This document shows, piece by piece, positions 8,628 to 19,650 of a stretch of DNA of 64,000 nucleotides; position 1 is the stretch's first letter, and every line of letters starts with the position of its first letter. The translations under genes were made by a program, and so were the position numbers. Below the pieces are notes generated by a model. It saw only the letters and a list, made by a program, of their open reading frames with translations, did no database searches and was not told the DNA's origin. Source of the DNA: Candidatus Obscuribacteraceae bacterium (lineage in GTDB: Bacteria > Cyanobacteriota > Vampirovibrionia > Obscuribacterales > Obscuribacteraceae); assembly GCA_044229845.1 (NCBI GenBank), contig JBGASG010000002.1:192001-256000 (forward strand), written 5' to 3'.

Positions 8628-10640
8628 GTGCTTGTGCAAGCCTCCTTTGCTTCAACAATCCTCCTGGGCGCTGGACTGCTCTTCCTGATTCAGCCCCTGG
8701 TAGGCAAAATTGTCACGGCCCAATTTGGTGGATCTGCAGCCATCTGGTGCCTCTGCCTATTGTTCTTCCAAATGGCGCTTCTTCTTGGTTATCTAACAAC
8801 CTACGTCCTTACGCGCCTGCCAATCGCTGCGCAAGCAATTGCATACGGTATCGTGTGGATTGTGTCGTTGCTCTTTTTGAGCCTGCCACCACCTCAGAGC
8901 TGGTATCTGAATGTTTCAAACGACCCCGTTCTGTCCCTGCTGTGGTTGCTCTCACTCTACCTGTCCTTACCCTGCCTGCTCTTATCCAGTGTGAGCGGCC
9001 TGTTGCAGTCGTGGTATGCACACGATTCCCAGAATGATCCTTATCCCTTGTACAGTCTCTCGAACATCGGATCTTTGAGCGCGCTTCTCTTGTATCCACT
9101 TTTGATCGAACGAGTCATAGGCGTCGCGCAGTCGCTGATGATCTGGAAGATCGGCTACATGATCGTTGCCGCACTTGCTGTTTCGACAAGCATTTTGATT
9201 CTTCGTCGGCGCCTGAACTCGGTGCCTGCAGCACCACAGCCCGCACTACCCGTCGCCGTCGCACCCCCCACTCTCCAATCCATCATCTCCTGGTTTGGTC
9301 TGAGCGCACTCGGTTGCATGGTACTCCTCGTATACACAACCTACATTACTCAAGACATCGCACCCGTACCATTGCTCTGGGTAATTCCCTTGGCGCTTTA
9401 TCTGCTCACGTTCATCATTTGCTTTGCGGACGAGCGCAACTACAATCCGCGTGTCTACCTCTACGTCGGTCCCACCCTCTGGCTGCTGGAGCCGTTCTTG
9501 CACGAATTCATTTTGGCCGACATGTTGTGCGTTTTGTCCATGATCTTCTGTTTCTGCATGGTAACGATGGGCGAGCTCTACAGACGTCGACCGTCGCCGG
9601 CACACTTGCCGATTTTCTACCTCGCCATTGCAGGCGGTGGCGTGCTAGGTAGTTTATTTGTCAACCTGGCGGCGCCCTCTTTATTCGATCAGTACACCGA
9701 GCGATACATCGTCATCGTTGCGATGTTGATAATTTGCTTGCGTGCCTCCTTCGCGACCAAGCATTCACAAAGCTCCGTTCGATTTGGCGTCATCTATGCG
9801 ATCATGTTCATCATCGGCTGCGCGCTCATTCAGCTGTATCACGTCATCGCGGCTAACCAGACTATAGTTGCGAGGCTGCGCAACTTCTACGGTTGTCTCA
9901 CTGTCGTACAAGACGAAGACGAGTTGCGCCTTCTGAGCGGATCGATAATCCATGGCAGCCAGCACATCGATCCCGCTCTCAAGTTGGAACCAAACAGATA
10001 CTATCTGCGATCCGGCGCCATCGGATACATCGACAAAATGGTGCGCAGTATGCGGGCAAACAGCCCAGTCAAGTACGGAATAATCGGACTCGGCGTTGGA
10101 ACTCTCGCTGCCTATGGTCGTCCAAACGACCAGATAATTTTCTACGAGATCGATCCGAAAGTCAAAGTCGCAGCTGATAGATACTTCACATTCCTCTCCT
10201 CTTCACCCGCAGCCTTGAGCGTGGTTATCAACGACGGCAGAAAGGCCCTTGAGCAGGAGCGCCACCAGAACTTTGACCTGCTCATGGTGGATGCGTTCAA
10301 CGGGGACGCGATTCCATCACATCTGCTTACGCAGGAAGCGATCAGCCTTTACTTGCGGCACATCAAGCCGGATGGCGTGCTGCTCGTTCATGTGTCCAAT
10401 CGTTATGCTGACTTAGAGCCAGTCGTAGCCAACCTGGCTGCGGCGATGAAACTACAGGCGATTACTATCACCACAAAATATGGCAAGTTTGTCGCGGTGA
10501 GCAACGCGCCTTTACCCGTGATGCCTACGGGGTCTGAGATTATCATCGCACCGGCCCGCTCAGACTCATCGGTCGGCATCTGGACGGACGATTACAGCAA
10601 CCTGTTCGCTGCAGTCTTGTCCAAAGCTACGCGCAAGTAA
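8628..10640 (+). CDS. Fused membrane / spermidine synthase-like methyltransferase
   Basis: LLFLIQP, PYPLYSLSNIGS, many TM helices, IGLGVGTLAAY, EIDP, DAFNGDAIPSHLLT, WTDDYSNL. Confidence 0.9.
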   Translation: MLVQASFASTILLGAGLLFLIQPLVGKIVTAQFGGSAAIWCLCLLFFQMALLLGYLTTYVLTRLPIAAQAIAYGIVWIVSLLFLSLPPPQSWYLNVSNDPVLSLLWLLSLYLSLPCLLLSSVSGLLQSWYAHDSQNDPYPLYSLSNIGSLSALLLYPLLIERVIGVAQSLMIWKIGYMIVAALAVSTSILILRRRLNSVPAAPQPALPVAVAPPTLQSIISWFGLSALGCMVLLVYTTYITQDIAPVPLLWVIPLALYLLTFIICFADERNYNPRVYLYVGPTLWLLEPFLHEFILADMLCVLSMIFCFCMVTMGELYRRRPSPAHLPIFYLAIAGGGVLGSLFVNLAAPSLFDQYTERYIVIVAMLIICLRASFATKHSQSSVRFGVIYAIMFIIGCALIQLYHVIAANQTIVARLRNFYGCLTVVQDEDELRLLSGSIIHGSQHIDPALKLEPNRYYLRSGAIGYIDKMVRSMRANSPVKYGIIGLGVGTLAAYGRPNDQIIFYEIDPKVKVAADRYFTFLSSSPAALSVVINDGRKALEQERHQNFDLLMVDAFNGDAIPSHLLTQEAISLYLRHIKPDGVLLVHVSNRYADLEPVVANLAAAMKLQAITITTKYGKFVAVSNAPLPVMPTGSEIIIAPARSDSSVGIWTDDYSNLFAAVLSKATRK

Positions 10641-10651
10641 GCCCGCAAACC

Positions 10652-12193
10652 CTACAGTCCTGGTTTCGGCTCACTCGGTGGCACAGCGAGAATCAAGTCG
10701 TTGCCGCTCCACTTCCCATTCATGCAGGGAGTTTGAGTCACGGCGTATTGCCGGCGAGCCTCATCCTCGACTTTGTCTTTTAGTGCAGCAAACGCTTGCC
10801 CTAAGGTTGTCTTGGACCCATTGATCTGCAGTGACTCAATCAGTTTTTTGGTGAAGATGCCGTTCGGGTACTGCTTCGATTCCCATGAACGCTGAGAAGT
10901 GCTGCTCGAACAAATCACCAGCTGTCCCGTTCCAAGAGCGATTTCATCAGCACTCACATTGCCGGTGCGAATGAGCCCCTTTCCTGTCGCCACGGTGTTG
11001 CCGCTGAAGCAAGTGTCCAGCACGATCAATACGCGATCGCTTTTGACACGCGATTTGATCAATCCACACAGTTCCTGCATAGCAATTCCCTTCGAGAACA
11101 ACTTGGTTTTGTCGGTGTCATATGCCACCAGGTAGTTGACGTGCCCGATGTCGTCTGCGTCCGCTGGTGTGCCATGGGTGGAAATGTAAATCACGACCAG
11201 GTCATCTCGCCCGGCAACTCGCGGCAACCACGAGTCGCCAAACTCGTCAAAGATCCGGTCGCGTGTCGCTTCCTTGTCGATCAACGTGCGTACATGGCTT
11301 GGCGCAAAGTTAGCCGACTTGATCAAGTAGTCTTTGAAATCGAGGGCATCCTTAGCCGAGTATTGAAGGTTGATCTGCGAATCGGCAAAGTTGCTGATTC
11401 CTATAATCAATGCCCACTTATCTTTGATCGGACGATTGACGGGTTTGCCCGAATCCGTTACCGATGACTGGGTCACTGCTTGAGCCGGTACTTGTACTGT
11501 TGTTTGGGTGAGCGGCGTCGGCGCTGCAGCCGGCGCTTGCGGCACGACTTGAACGGGCGGCACTGCGGATGTTTGCACAGGGTACCCGCCGCTGTAGCCT
11601 CGAGCAGGCGGTATCGTCGACGGCGGAGCCTGCTGATAGGGACTTGGAGTCTGATAGGAATTGGCCGGCGCACCATAAGGTGAGGCCGAGAAACGCGGGT
11701 CGCGCTGCGGTGCCACTGCCGCCGGTGCCAGACCAGCCAAAGCGGCAACTTTAGCCTGAGCCTCGGAGTAGCGAGCATGGTTGACAGCAACGGCAGAGAA
11801 CTTCTCCACCGCCTGAGGAATGTTGCCCATCGCTTCGTAACAAAGTCCGAGTTGGAAAAGCGCCTCTCCATCCCAGGGACGTAACCTCACCATTTGTTCA
11901 AAACGCTTGGCGGCAAGATTAAACTCTCCCCGCTGCACGTAATACATTGCCGTCCTGTATTGAGACTCCATCGCCTGATTGGACGGCGCATAACCCGATT
12001 GGGGCTGCGACGCCCGCTGTGTCGACTGCCGGTATGCGTTTGACATTCCGGCATTGTACCGCTGGAGCGCCTGTTGCCTGCGGATTTCCGCGGTGATAGG
12101 GTCCGCAAAGCCAGCCTGGAGGGGCATCACCCCTAACAGGGCTGCCGCCAGAAGCGCATACCAAAACCCGGAATTCACAGTGCCGGTCCTCAT
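10652..12193 (-). CDS. Secreted TPR + caspase-family (C14) peptidase
   Basis: Signal peptide, TPR, Pro/Gln linker, KWALIIGIS, STHG and LDTCFSG catalytic dyad. Confidence 0.9.
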   Translation of the reverse strand: MRTGTVNSGFWYALLAAALLGVMPLQAGFADPITAEIRRQQALQRYNAGMSNAYRQSTQRASQPQSGYAPSNQAMESQYRTAMYYVQRGEFNLAAKRFEQMVRLRPWDGEALFQLGLCYEAMGNIPQAVEKFSAVAVNHARYSEAQAKVAALAGLAPAAVAPQRDPRFSASPYGAPANSYQTPSPYQQAPPSTIPPARGYSGGYPVQTSAVPPVQVVPQAPAAAPTPLTQTTVQVPAQAVTQSSVTDSGKPVNRPIKDKWALIIGISNFADSQINLQYSAKDALDFKDYLIKSANFAPSHVRTLIDKEATRDRIFDEFGDSWLPRVAGRDDLVVIYISTHGTPADADDIGHVNYLVAYDTDKTKLFSKGIAMQELCGLIKSRVKSDRVLIVLDTCFSGNTVATGKGLIRTGNVSADEIALGTGQLVICSSSTSQRSWESKQYPNGIFTKKLIESLQINGSKTTLGQAFAALKDKVEDEARRQYAVTQTPCMNGKWSGNDLILAVPPSEPKPGL

Positions 12194-12256
12194 CGAGACA
12201 CCTGACTACTTCAAGTATACTGGCCTGCCGCCAATCAGTGCCAGGAAGAATGTATC

Positions 12257-13276
12257 ATGATTAGCACCGTGACTGATTACTTCATGAGCAGCGAGCGTAT
12301 TGGTTTCCGCTGGTGGCGGGCGGACGACCTGCCGCACGCCATGGAAATTTGGGGCAACCCGGAAGTCACTCGTTTCTTCAACAGAGATGCTCTCACTCCT
12401 GAGCAAGTGGCGCACAAATTGGAAGAAACAATTGCCACTGCCGAGAGGCACCATATACAGTATTGGCCGATGTTTCTGCTCGAAGATGGAACACACATCG
12501 GCTGCGCCGGACTTCGCCCTCATGCAAATGACGGCGTGCTTGAAATGGGAGTGTATCTTAAACCTCAATACTGGGGTCGGGGATTTGCCGTGGAGTCATG
12601 CGAGCGCGTCATCAGCCATGCATTCGAAAGCGGTCTGACGACCACGCTATTCGCTGGGCACCATCCCGATAATCATGGCTCGCGCAATGCACTGAGAAAG
12701 CTGGGGTTCCTCGGGATTACGGCAGAGTTCTACGAGCCGACGGGGATGTTTCACCCTTCATACCTGATGTACAAAGATCCACCCGCGCAATGCTCTATGC
12801 GCCTCGCAACTGCACGCGATGCGCACGCACTGGCACTCGTGCATCACGATTCTATTAAAGCGACATTCGGCGATGTGCTGGATGCGTATGTCGCGGCGCG
12901 TTCGCTCGATGCTTGCGAAAGACGATGGCTATCCCGCATCGAAAACGAAGCGCACCAAACAGTCGTGCTGCTGCGAGGCGAACAGATAGTCGGTTTCGCC
13001 AGCGTCGGCAAATCTCCTGACAAAGACGCCGTAGGCGCAGGCGAAATCAGTCGCATCTATCTGCACCCCTCGCTGATCGGACAGGGACATGGCAAGCAGA
13101 TGATGCAATGGTGCGAAGAAACGCTTGCAGCGTGCGGAAGTTCCACGATGAAACTTTGGGTCTTCGAACTCAACGAACGGGCGCGCAATTTCTATGAGAA
13201 ACACGGTTTTCATCCCGACGGCTGCACCAAACATGAATACGACGCCACATTACTGAGATACAGCAAGACCGTATAA
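12257..13276 (+). CDS. Tandem GNAT N-acetyltransferase (RimJ-like + second GNAT)
   Basis: YWGRGFA/NHGSRNALRKLGF and GQGHG/NERARNFYEKHGF motifs. Confidence 0.9.
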   Translation: MISTVTDYFMSSERIGFRWWRADDLPHAMEIWGNPEVTRFFNRDALTPEQVAHKLEETIATAERHHIQYWPMFLLEDGTHIGCAGLRPHANDGVLEMGVYLKPQYWGRGFAVESCERVISHAFESGLTTTLFAGHHPDNHGSRNALRKLGFLGITAEFYEPTGMFHPSYLMYKDPPAQCSMRLATARDAHALALVHHDSIKATFGDVLDAYVAARSLDACERRWLSRIENEAHQTVVLLRGEQIVGFASVGKSPDKDAVGAGEISRIYLHPSLIGQGHGKQMMQWCEETLAACGSSTMKLWVFELNERARNFYEKHGFHPDGCTKHEYDATLLRYSKTV

Positions 13277-13283
13277 TCATCAA

Positions 13284-14591
13284 ATGCATAAACTCATCAG
13301 TTTCTTTGCAATGTCGCTCCTGCTGGTTACTGCCCAAGCGCTGCCGGCAGACGCGAGGTCCGACGAGCTGCTGCCCACACAAGTTTTCAGCACAGGCGAT
13401 CACGACACCGGATACGGTAGCGTTGAGATTCCCGTCATTTACGCGACCGACCGCCCAGATATAGTGAGCACCGATCCCAATGCTGAAGGCGGACTGGCAT
13501 TCGGCGTCGCGACTATAATGATGCCATGCACGGAAGCCATGATGGACCACAGCAAAACCAAGCTGAAAGCCAGTCTGACCGCTTTAGGCTGGGTGCAGAA
13601 ACCCAACGCTAAGGTTCCTGATCCAAAAGTATCCATTGTCGGATGGACTCCTCAGCCACATGACCCGCCGTTGATCAAGCGTGAGTCGCTGCCTCACGCC
13701 GTCACGCTCCAAACAATCAAAAACGAATGGCTGGCGGCGCCCGACAAAGAAATGACTGTTTACGTCCACGGCTATTCCTGCAGATTCGACAGCGCACTGT
13801 ACACATGCGGATATCTGTCCTCGTGTCTCGAAAAACCTGTCATCTGCTATTCGTGGAATTCGCTCGGTCGGACTCGTTCGAAGGAATACAAGCTCGATGA
13901 ACAGACCGTCAGCGACCGCGGCGTGCAGGAGCATTTTTGTGGTTTCTTGAAACAAGACCTGGCCAATATGACCGGAGTCTTCGGGTCACTGTCGCTGGTG
14001 GCACACAGCTTGGGCAATCGCCTGGTTGCATACAGTCTCAACAACTGCATATACGAAGGCAAAAGTGAAATCTCGCCCTTCCTTGAGAAACTCATCCTGA
14101 TCGCTCCCGACATACGGAAAGACAAGATGCGCGAATTCTTCGGCGAACGAATGGCGAGATCCGGGGAAAACGTGTTCATATTCCACAACCCGCGCGATAA
14201 AGCCTTCGTTGCTTCGAGAATCTCTGACTTCATCAATTTCCAGGCGCCCAAAGACAAGGTCGGGCGCCGCATCGCCACCTTGCCGGGAATCAGATTCATC
14301 AATTATTCCGCGGTCGCAGAGCCTAACAAGCTGCAACTCCGCTCCTTCAAAGACCTCTTCCAGAACGCACCTATCGGGCACTACCTGCGGTTCGAGTATC
14401 TCAACGCGTTGTTGCAGTCGGGAACGGCGCCACCCGATCACTTCCTCTTCGACAACATGACGATCATCCCAGGAGATGGACTGGGCGTGCCATCGGTGAC
14501 CGCGCGCGAGCTCAAGAAATGCGCCACCATGAATGCAGAAAACGCTCGATTACGCAAAGAACTGGAAGACTGCCAAGAGTCCCACCCATAA
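13284..14591 (+). CDS. Secreted alpha/beta hydrolase (DUF900-like)
   Basis: Signal peptide, YATDR, YVHGY, AHSLGNR, LIAPDI. Confidence 0.85.
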   Translation: MHKLISFFAMSLLLVTAQALPADARSDELLPTQVFSTGDHDTGYGSVEIPVIYATDRPDIVSTDPNAEGGLAFGVATIMMPCTEAMMDHSKTKLKASLTALGWVQKPNAKVPDPKVSIVGWTPQPHDPPLIKRESLPHAVTLQTIKNEWLAAPDKEMTVYVHGYSCRFDSALYTCGYLSSCLEKPVICYSWNSLGRTRSKEYKLDEQTVSDRGVQEHFCGFLKQDLANMTGVFGSLSLVAHSLGNRLVAYSLNNCIYEGKSEISPFLEKLILIAPDIRKDKMREFFGERMARSGENVFIFHNPRDKAFVASRISDFINFQAPKDKVGRRIATLPGIRFINYSAVAEPNKLQLRSFKDLFQNAPIGHYLRFEYLNALLQSGTAPPDHFLFDNMTIIPGDGLGVPSVTARELKKCATMNAENARLRKELEDCQESHP

Positions 14592-14631
14592 TCATCGGCG
14601 CGAGGCGCGAGAACTTTGGGAAGGGTGCCAC

Positions 14632-14742
14632 GTAGCAAAATTGCTACTTTGAAGCCCTCTTGAAAATCGAAATCACATTAAATCAGGCGTCCGTGTGCAA
14701 ATTTGCTACTTCGGACCCCTCTCCAGGTAGCAAATTTGCAAC
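14632..14742. repeat. Three 16-bp palindromes (consensus GTAGCAAATTTGCTAC) between convergent genes
   Basis: Copies at 14632-14647, 14694-14709, 14727-14742. Confidence 0.75.
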
Positions 14743-14758
14743 AGCACCAAAACGACAA

Positions 14759-15559
14759 TTACGGGTTAGCTGAAACCGGACGCCGAAGCGCCAAAAAAAG
14801 ACCGGCGACAAAAACCAGAACGCACAGCAGAATCCAGCCACACAACTGCTTAACAAAGTCACCCTGCGTCTTTGTTGTTATCCAGAACCTCGAATTCGGA
14901 CTATATATAAAGGTACCGTTATCGTCATCCTTGCCGACATAGCCGCCCACGGACACGCGAGCGCCTTCCGGGATCGCCAGAACTTCCACATGTGGAGGGT
15001 TGTACTGAGTATGTTTCAAGGCTTGAGCAAGCTCTGCATCAAACTCCGGCGATAGTTTCTGCCCAGCCCGAGTCTGTGCATAATTCCCATCAAGGAACTC
15101 AGCGGGCAAGTCTCCGAAAAACTCTCTAGAAATCTCAGCCGGCAAGATTAGCAGTTTCCTCCCGCGCTCATCCTTTAGCCATACCCTATCTGGTCTCAAC
15201 ACATCGAGCAGTTCGATGCGTGTCCATTTCTTCCGCTCTCGGTGATCTTCATAGACATAAACTTCCTGCAGAGCATAACTGCCACCATCACGCGAGGTCA
15301 GTGGCTTTCCATCCGCATGCAATGTCCCGGTCACCACCACCTTTTGCCCTTCAAGTGCCGGCACTCTTTCAAAATCAACAGGAGCCAGGTAGCGATCAAA
15401 ATCGTCCCTATTGACGAGGACCAATGCCGCAAGACCACACCAGGAGGCAATGATCAAAACGAATCCAGTAAACCGCAATATGGATGCTGTCTGCCATTCA
15501 GGATAGCGGAGATCTCGCTTCGGGTACTTGATCACAGCGCCGCTACCCAGGCGACGCAA
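14759..15559 (-). CDS. Hypothetical membrane protein (two TM segments, possibly GIDE-like)
   Basis: 266-aa ORF with N- and C-terminal hydrophobic helices; start uncertain. Confidence 0.6.
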   Translation of the reverse strand: MRRLGSGAVIKYPKRDLRYPEWQTASILRFTGFVLIIASWCGLAALVLVNRDDFDRYLAPVDFERVPALEGQKVVVTGTLHADGKPLTSRDGGSYALQEVYVYEDHRERKKWTRIELLDVLRPDRVWLKDERGRKLLILPAEISREFFGDLPAEFLDGNYAQTRAGQKLSPEFDAELAQALKHTQYNPPHVEVLAIPEGARVSVGGYVGKDDDNGTFIYSPNSRFWITTKTQGDFVKQLCGWILLCVLVFVAGLFLALRRPVSANP

Positions 15560-16215
15560 TGTTCCAGGGCGGCGTTTTCCGACTTCGGTTTGAACGAATG
15601 GTCACCGGGCACGACTTCGGATTTGAACTTCGCCTTGATCTGTTTCTGGACCGTAGCGAGATCTGCAAGCGGGCAAAGATTGTCTCGGTCGCCGGTGATG
15701 AAGAGCATGGGCACTTCGATTTTACCGAGATGTGACCAGTCTCTCGGTTTGGCATTCTTCGATGCGCCCTGCAAAGGCAAGCCATAAAACACCAGCGCAC
15801 GCACATCATCGCGCTCGGCAGTCACGTATGAGTTGACGCGACCACCGAAGGATTTGCCAATCAAAACAGGCGCGCCGTGCTCCTTCATGAATTCGATTGC
15901 CGCCACAACCTCCGGTCTCTCATTCTTGCCGCCAAGTGACGGGGCACCGCGGCGAGTCAGGTACCCAAAGTTGAAACGCAATACCAGAAATCCCAGATCG
16001 GCGAGGCGCTCTGCTGTCTTCACCAGCAGTGGTGCATCCATTCCGCGTCCGGCGCCGTGAGTGACAATTACGGCACCGCGTTTTGCCGAGGCACCAGATA
16101 TGATGCCCTGCAATCCATTGCCGAAGTCAACGTTTCGCTCTTCCACGCCCACATCCAATGAACCACACCGGCTGACATATTGTAGCCGATAGGCTGTCCC
16201 AATCACGCTCGTCAA
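15532..16215 (-). CDS. Alpha/beta hydrolase (KANL3/Tex30-like)
   Basis: HGAGRGMD, GKSFGGR, GDRD, GDHSF; true start probably near 16158. Confidence 0.85.
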   Translation of the reverse strand: MTSVIGTAYRLQYVSRCGSLDVGVEERNVDFGNGLQGIISGASAKRGAVIVTHGAGRGMDAPLLVKTAERLADLGFLVLRFNFGYLTRRGAPSLGGKNERPEVVAAIEFMKEHGAPVLIGKSFGGRVNSYVTAERDDVRALVFYGLPLQGASKNAKPRDWSHLGKIEVPMLFITGDRDNLCPLADLATVQKQIKAKFKSEVVPGDHSFKPKSENAALEHCVAWVAAL

Positions 16216-16296
16216 GCCAAATTATGTCCAGCCAATCGTGCGGTGGCGGTATCCATTCAGCGATATAATGCGCTCTCCTCTACTGGCAGGTATCCC

Positions 16297-17409
16297 ATGG
16301 AATCCAAAGCACCAAGGTTTCGCCACTCCGTAGCATCTGCGCTGGCACTGGGCGCAGCGCTGTTTCTTGCAGTTCCTGCGTTCGGACAGTCCGTAGGTTC
16401 GCGCGTACTCTGCTCGCCCACGAGCAGCGACAGCGACTGGCTACCCGGGACAGTTCTGAAAGTCGGGAACGGAGTCGTCATCGTTCGACTCGACAAACGC
16501 GACAATCACACCGACGGAGAAGTCTATAAGGTTCAGACGAAATGGGTGAAGCCGGGTTCTGGAACCCGACCCAAAAACTGGGCAGCGGTTTCGGAAAGCG
16601 ACCGTTCCTGGCACGAATTGCCTTCGCAGGCAGAACTCGAAAGCCAGGGCGGCGGTGCCGGTAGTGGCGCAGGCAGTGGTGGCGGAGATGCCGGTGGCGG
16701 TGCCGGTGGTGGCTCTGGCGGTGGCGCATCGACTTCAGGCGGGATTCAAGCCGGCAGCCGCGTGCTGGCATCCCCATTCAGCATGGATAAGGACTGGCAC
16801 GCAGCCACCGTGCTCAGAGCAATCAATGGTGGCGCCGGTGGTTATGTAGTGCGGCTGGACAAGAAACCGGGCGAACATTACGGCGTTGTCTTTGCCGTTC
16901 CCCATCAGTGGGCCAAACTCGGAAACGTGGGACCGGCACCAGCAGGGCTGGGTCCAATCGACAAGATTGACGCCATCAGATACGGGCTAGATCCGATGGC
17001 TGGTGCCACGGGCGGCAAACCCACCCAGGCACAAAGCACGACGCAAACCACGACGCATTCCACGAATCAAACCAAGCCCTCAACTAACCAGTCCGCAGCC
17101 AAAGGAGCTCCCCCGAACGGTTTGTACCAGTGCAACAAAATCTCCGGCTCCTCCTACATTTGGATCGGCACACTGGAAATCAAAGGCAATACATATCGAG
17201 GTTTCGACAAAGCTGGTTCGTTTCATCCGCTGGGGTCCGATGGCACGGGTGGTATCACATTCACCGCCGGACTAACCGGTATGCCTGATGGTTGGAAACT
17301 CGAACATTGCAATTACGCAGGACTGGACAGCGGAGGCAAACCGTTCATCCAGATACGCTACGTGAGCCCTCGCAACGCACACGAGATTGTAGACGCGGTT
17401 CTCGAATAA
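16297..17409 (+). CDS. Secreted protein with two Tudor/SH3-like repeats and Gly/Thr-rich linkers
   Basis: Signal peptide; GSRVL.SP....DW...TVL......VRLDK repeated twice. Confidence 0.7.
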   Translation: MESKAPRFRHSVASALALGAALFLAVPAFGQSVGSRVLCSPTSSDSDWLPGTVLKVGNGVVIVRLDKRDNHTDGEVYKVQTKWVKPGSGTRPKNWAAVSESDRSWHELPSQAELESQGGGAGSGAGSGGGDAGGGAGGGSGGGASTSGGIQAGSRVLASPFSMDKDWHAATVLRAINGGAGGYVVRLDKKPGEHYGVVFAVPHQWAKLGNVGPAPAGLGPIDKIDAIRYGLDPMAGATGGKPTQAQSTTQTTTHSTNQTKPSTNQSAAKGAPPNGLYQCNKISGSSYIWIGTLEIKGNTYRGFDKAGSFHPLGSDGTGGITFTAGLTGMPDGWKLEHCNYAGLDSGGKPFIQIRYVSPRNAHEIVDAVLE

Positions 17410-17426
17410 GAGCCGGTCGCGACAGT

Positions 17427-19505
17427 TCAATCCAGAGGATGCCGCTCACCGGGGGACACCCAGGTCTCGTACTGTTTCTTATAACGCCTGATCGGCTCCA
17501 TGTTTCCTGTAGCCCTGCACGCATCGTACAGTCGAACGAGAAGATCTCCCCAGGCGTGTCCTCCCTGCTTCGTTTGGTACGCCACGGTTTCTTCGGTGAG
17601 GCGCAGCTCCTCATCGTATTTCTTGAGAGCATGCAGCGTTTCTGCCAGACCCATCCGCGCCTGGTCCGTGGTCACAATGTGCTGCATGTCCTCGGGTGCG
17701 TCCTGCAAGCAGCGGCGAAACGTACGCTCCGCCGACTTGTAATCCTGCACATTTAAATAGGCTTGCGCCATGTCGCGCTCGATCCAAATTTTGTATTCAC
17801 TGTCGGCCGATACCTGCAAGGCCTTCTGCGCTTCGGCAATCGCTTCTCGCGGCTTTGATTCGTGCAGGAAGGCGCGAACAAAATAAGCACGCGCCGCATC
17901 CCGCACCACCGGACGAAGCTGTAACTTTAAAACCGACTGCGCTTCATTGATGGTGCCGGACGGATGCCCCTGCGTCCACAACGCATCCAACTCGGCAAAA
18001 CTCAACCGAGCATGCAAGTCGTCAGTATCAGCCTGGTCCGATGAACTACGGGCGTGCGGCAAATACTTCAGCCCCTCTTTCGCAGCCTCCGCGGCCTCTA
18101 CGGGTAATTGCACCGTCATGAGGAGTTTGCTCAGCAAAAGGTAAGCATCCGCACATTTTCGGCTATCCTTGCGCCTTGCATAGTCGGATTTGTAAATTTC
18201 CGCCCGCCTGCGCATGTGGAAAACTGCCGGCTTCCATTGCTGCGCAGCCTGAAATGCCTCGCTCGCTAAATGATGGGCATCGACTAGGATGTACGTTGGG
18301 GTCTTTGGATCCGCTTCCAGCTCGGCGCAAACTTTGTCCCACTCGGCAGCATTGTACGAGCGCACTTCTCTCGGCGGGCTGTCCTTGAGAATTCTGTATC
18401 GTTGCTGCGCCGTCAAATTTTTCGGAAAGCTGATCTGATTTATCGGCTTATCGCGAGGTCCAGCAGACACGTGGCTCTGCTCACCGTCGCGGGTCATCAA
18501 ATGCTTCGCCACCACAATCATAATCGGAGTAAACACCAGTATCACAGCCATCAATATCAATCGGTTGACAGCCCTTTTTCGTGCACCAGCGGCGGCGCCA
18601 CTCTGAGAAGGAAGCGCCTTATCCGTGCGGACTTCTATGATTGGTTCGGACGTAACGCCTGCAAGAAACTTACCTGTGCGAAGCAGATCAGTCTCTACAT
18701 CAGAGGCGGTGGCATAACGGCTTTCGGGATTCTTCGCCAGCAGATTCGCCACAACATTAGCGAGGGAATTAGGCACATCTGGACGCAACGCATTTACTGG
18801 TGGCGCTGTACTATTCATGTGCTGCTGCATGGTTTCAATGCCACTGTCTGCAGAAAATGGTGGCGCGCCGCACAAAGTCTCGTACAAAACGCAACCGAGC
18901 GAATACAAGTCAGATCTGCTGGTAGCACGCTTGCCCATACATTGCTCTGGACTCATATATGGCGGGGAACCGACGACACGTGTCATCGTTGCACCGGTGC
19001 CTATAGCTTCCTCCCGGGCCAGTCCGAAGTCGACGATTTTGATGTGCTCGGAACCGTCGTCGGCTCGCTGCTCGACCATGATGTTGGCAGGCTTCAAATC
19101 ACGGTGCACGATGCCCCGTTCGTGAGCATATTGCAGGCCCTGCGCAATTTGAACAGCCAGGTCAACGCAGCGTTTCAGCGGCAGCGGATGCTCAGTCTCT
19201 AGAATCGCTGCCAATGATTTGCCGGAGACAAACTCCATCACCACATATGGTGCTGCCGACTCAGGCATAGTACCAACGGCGTGCACTTCCACGATATGAG
19301 GATGCTTCAGGTCGGCAAGTATGCGCGCCTCACGCCGAAACTCCTTCAGCGCATCGGCATCCTGCGCTGACTGTGCGTGCAATACTTTAATCGCCACGGC
19401 ACGATCAAGCAGGCGGTGCCAGCCTCTATAGACAACACCGCGTCCGCCTCGCCCGATTTCTTCGAGCAATTCAAAGCGACCTTCAAGTACTCGGGATTCT
19501 TCCAT
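17427..19505 (-). CDS. Ser/Thr protein kinase with TM helix and TPR-like C-terminus
   Basis: IGRGGRG, AIK, HRDLKPAN, DFG, YMSPE, DLYSLG. Confidence 0.95.
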   Translation of the reverse strand: MEESRVLEGRFELLEEIGRGGRGVVYRGWHRLLDRAVAIKVLHAQSAQDADALKEFRREARILADLKHPHIVEVHAVGTMPESAAPYVVMEFVSGKSLAAILETEHPLPLKRCVDLAVQIAQGLQYAHERGIVHRDLKPANIMVEQRADDGSEHIKIVDFGLAREEAIGTGATMTRVVGSPPYMSPEQCMGKRATSRSDLYSLGCVLYETLCGAPPFSADSGIETMQQHMNSTAPPVNALRPDVPNSLANVVANLLAKNPESRYATASDVETDLLRTGKFLAGVTSEPIIEVRTDKALPSQSGAAAGARKRAVNRLILMAVILVFTPIMIVVAKHLMTRDGEQSHVSAGPRDKPINQISFPKNLTAQQRYRILKDSPPREVRSYNAAEWDKVCAELEADPKTPTYILVDAHHLASEAFQAAQQWKPAVFHMRRRAEIYKSDYARRKDSRKCADAYLLLSKLLMTVQLPVEAAEAAKEGLKYLPHARSSSDQADTDDLHARLSFAELDALWTQGHPSGTINEAQSVLKLQLRPVVRDAARAYFVRAFLHESKPREAIAEAQKALQVSADSEYKIWIERDMAQAYLNVQDYKSAERTFRRCLQDAPEDMQHIVTTDQARMGLAETLHALKKYDEELRLTEETVAYQTKQGGHAWGDLLVRLYDACRATGNMEPIRRYKKQYETWVSPGERHPLD

Positions 19506-19650
19506 CGTGTCCTCGTCACTAGAATACTCCCAGGTCGGGATTTTCGCCCGATGTCAATAGACTTACCCGGGCGTCTTCCAGCTAAAATAGCCGGCAGGCA
19601 TCCCCGTCACCCAAGTCAGATCCCCCGGCTTGCCCGGTGAGCGTGCAATC

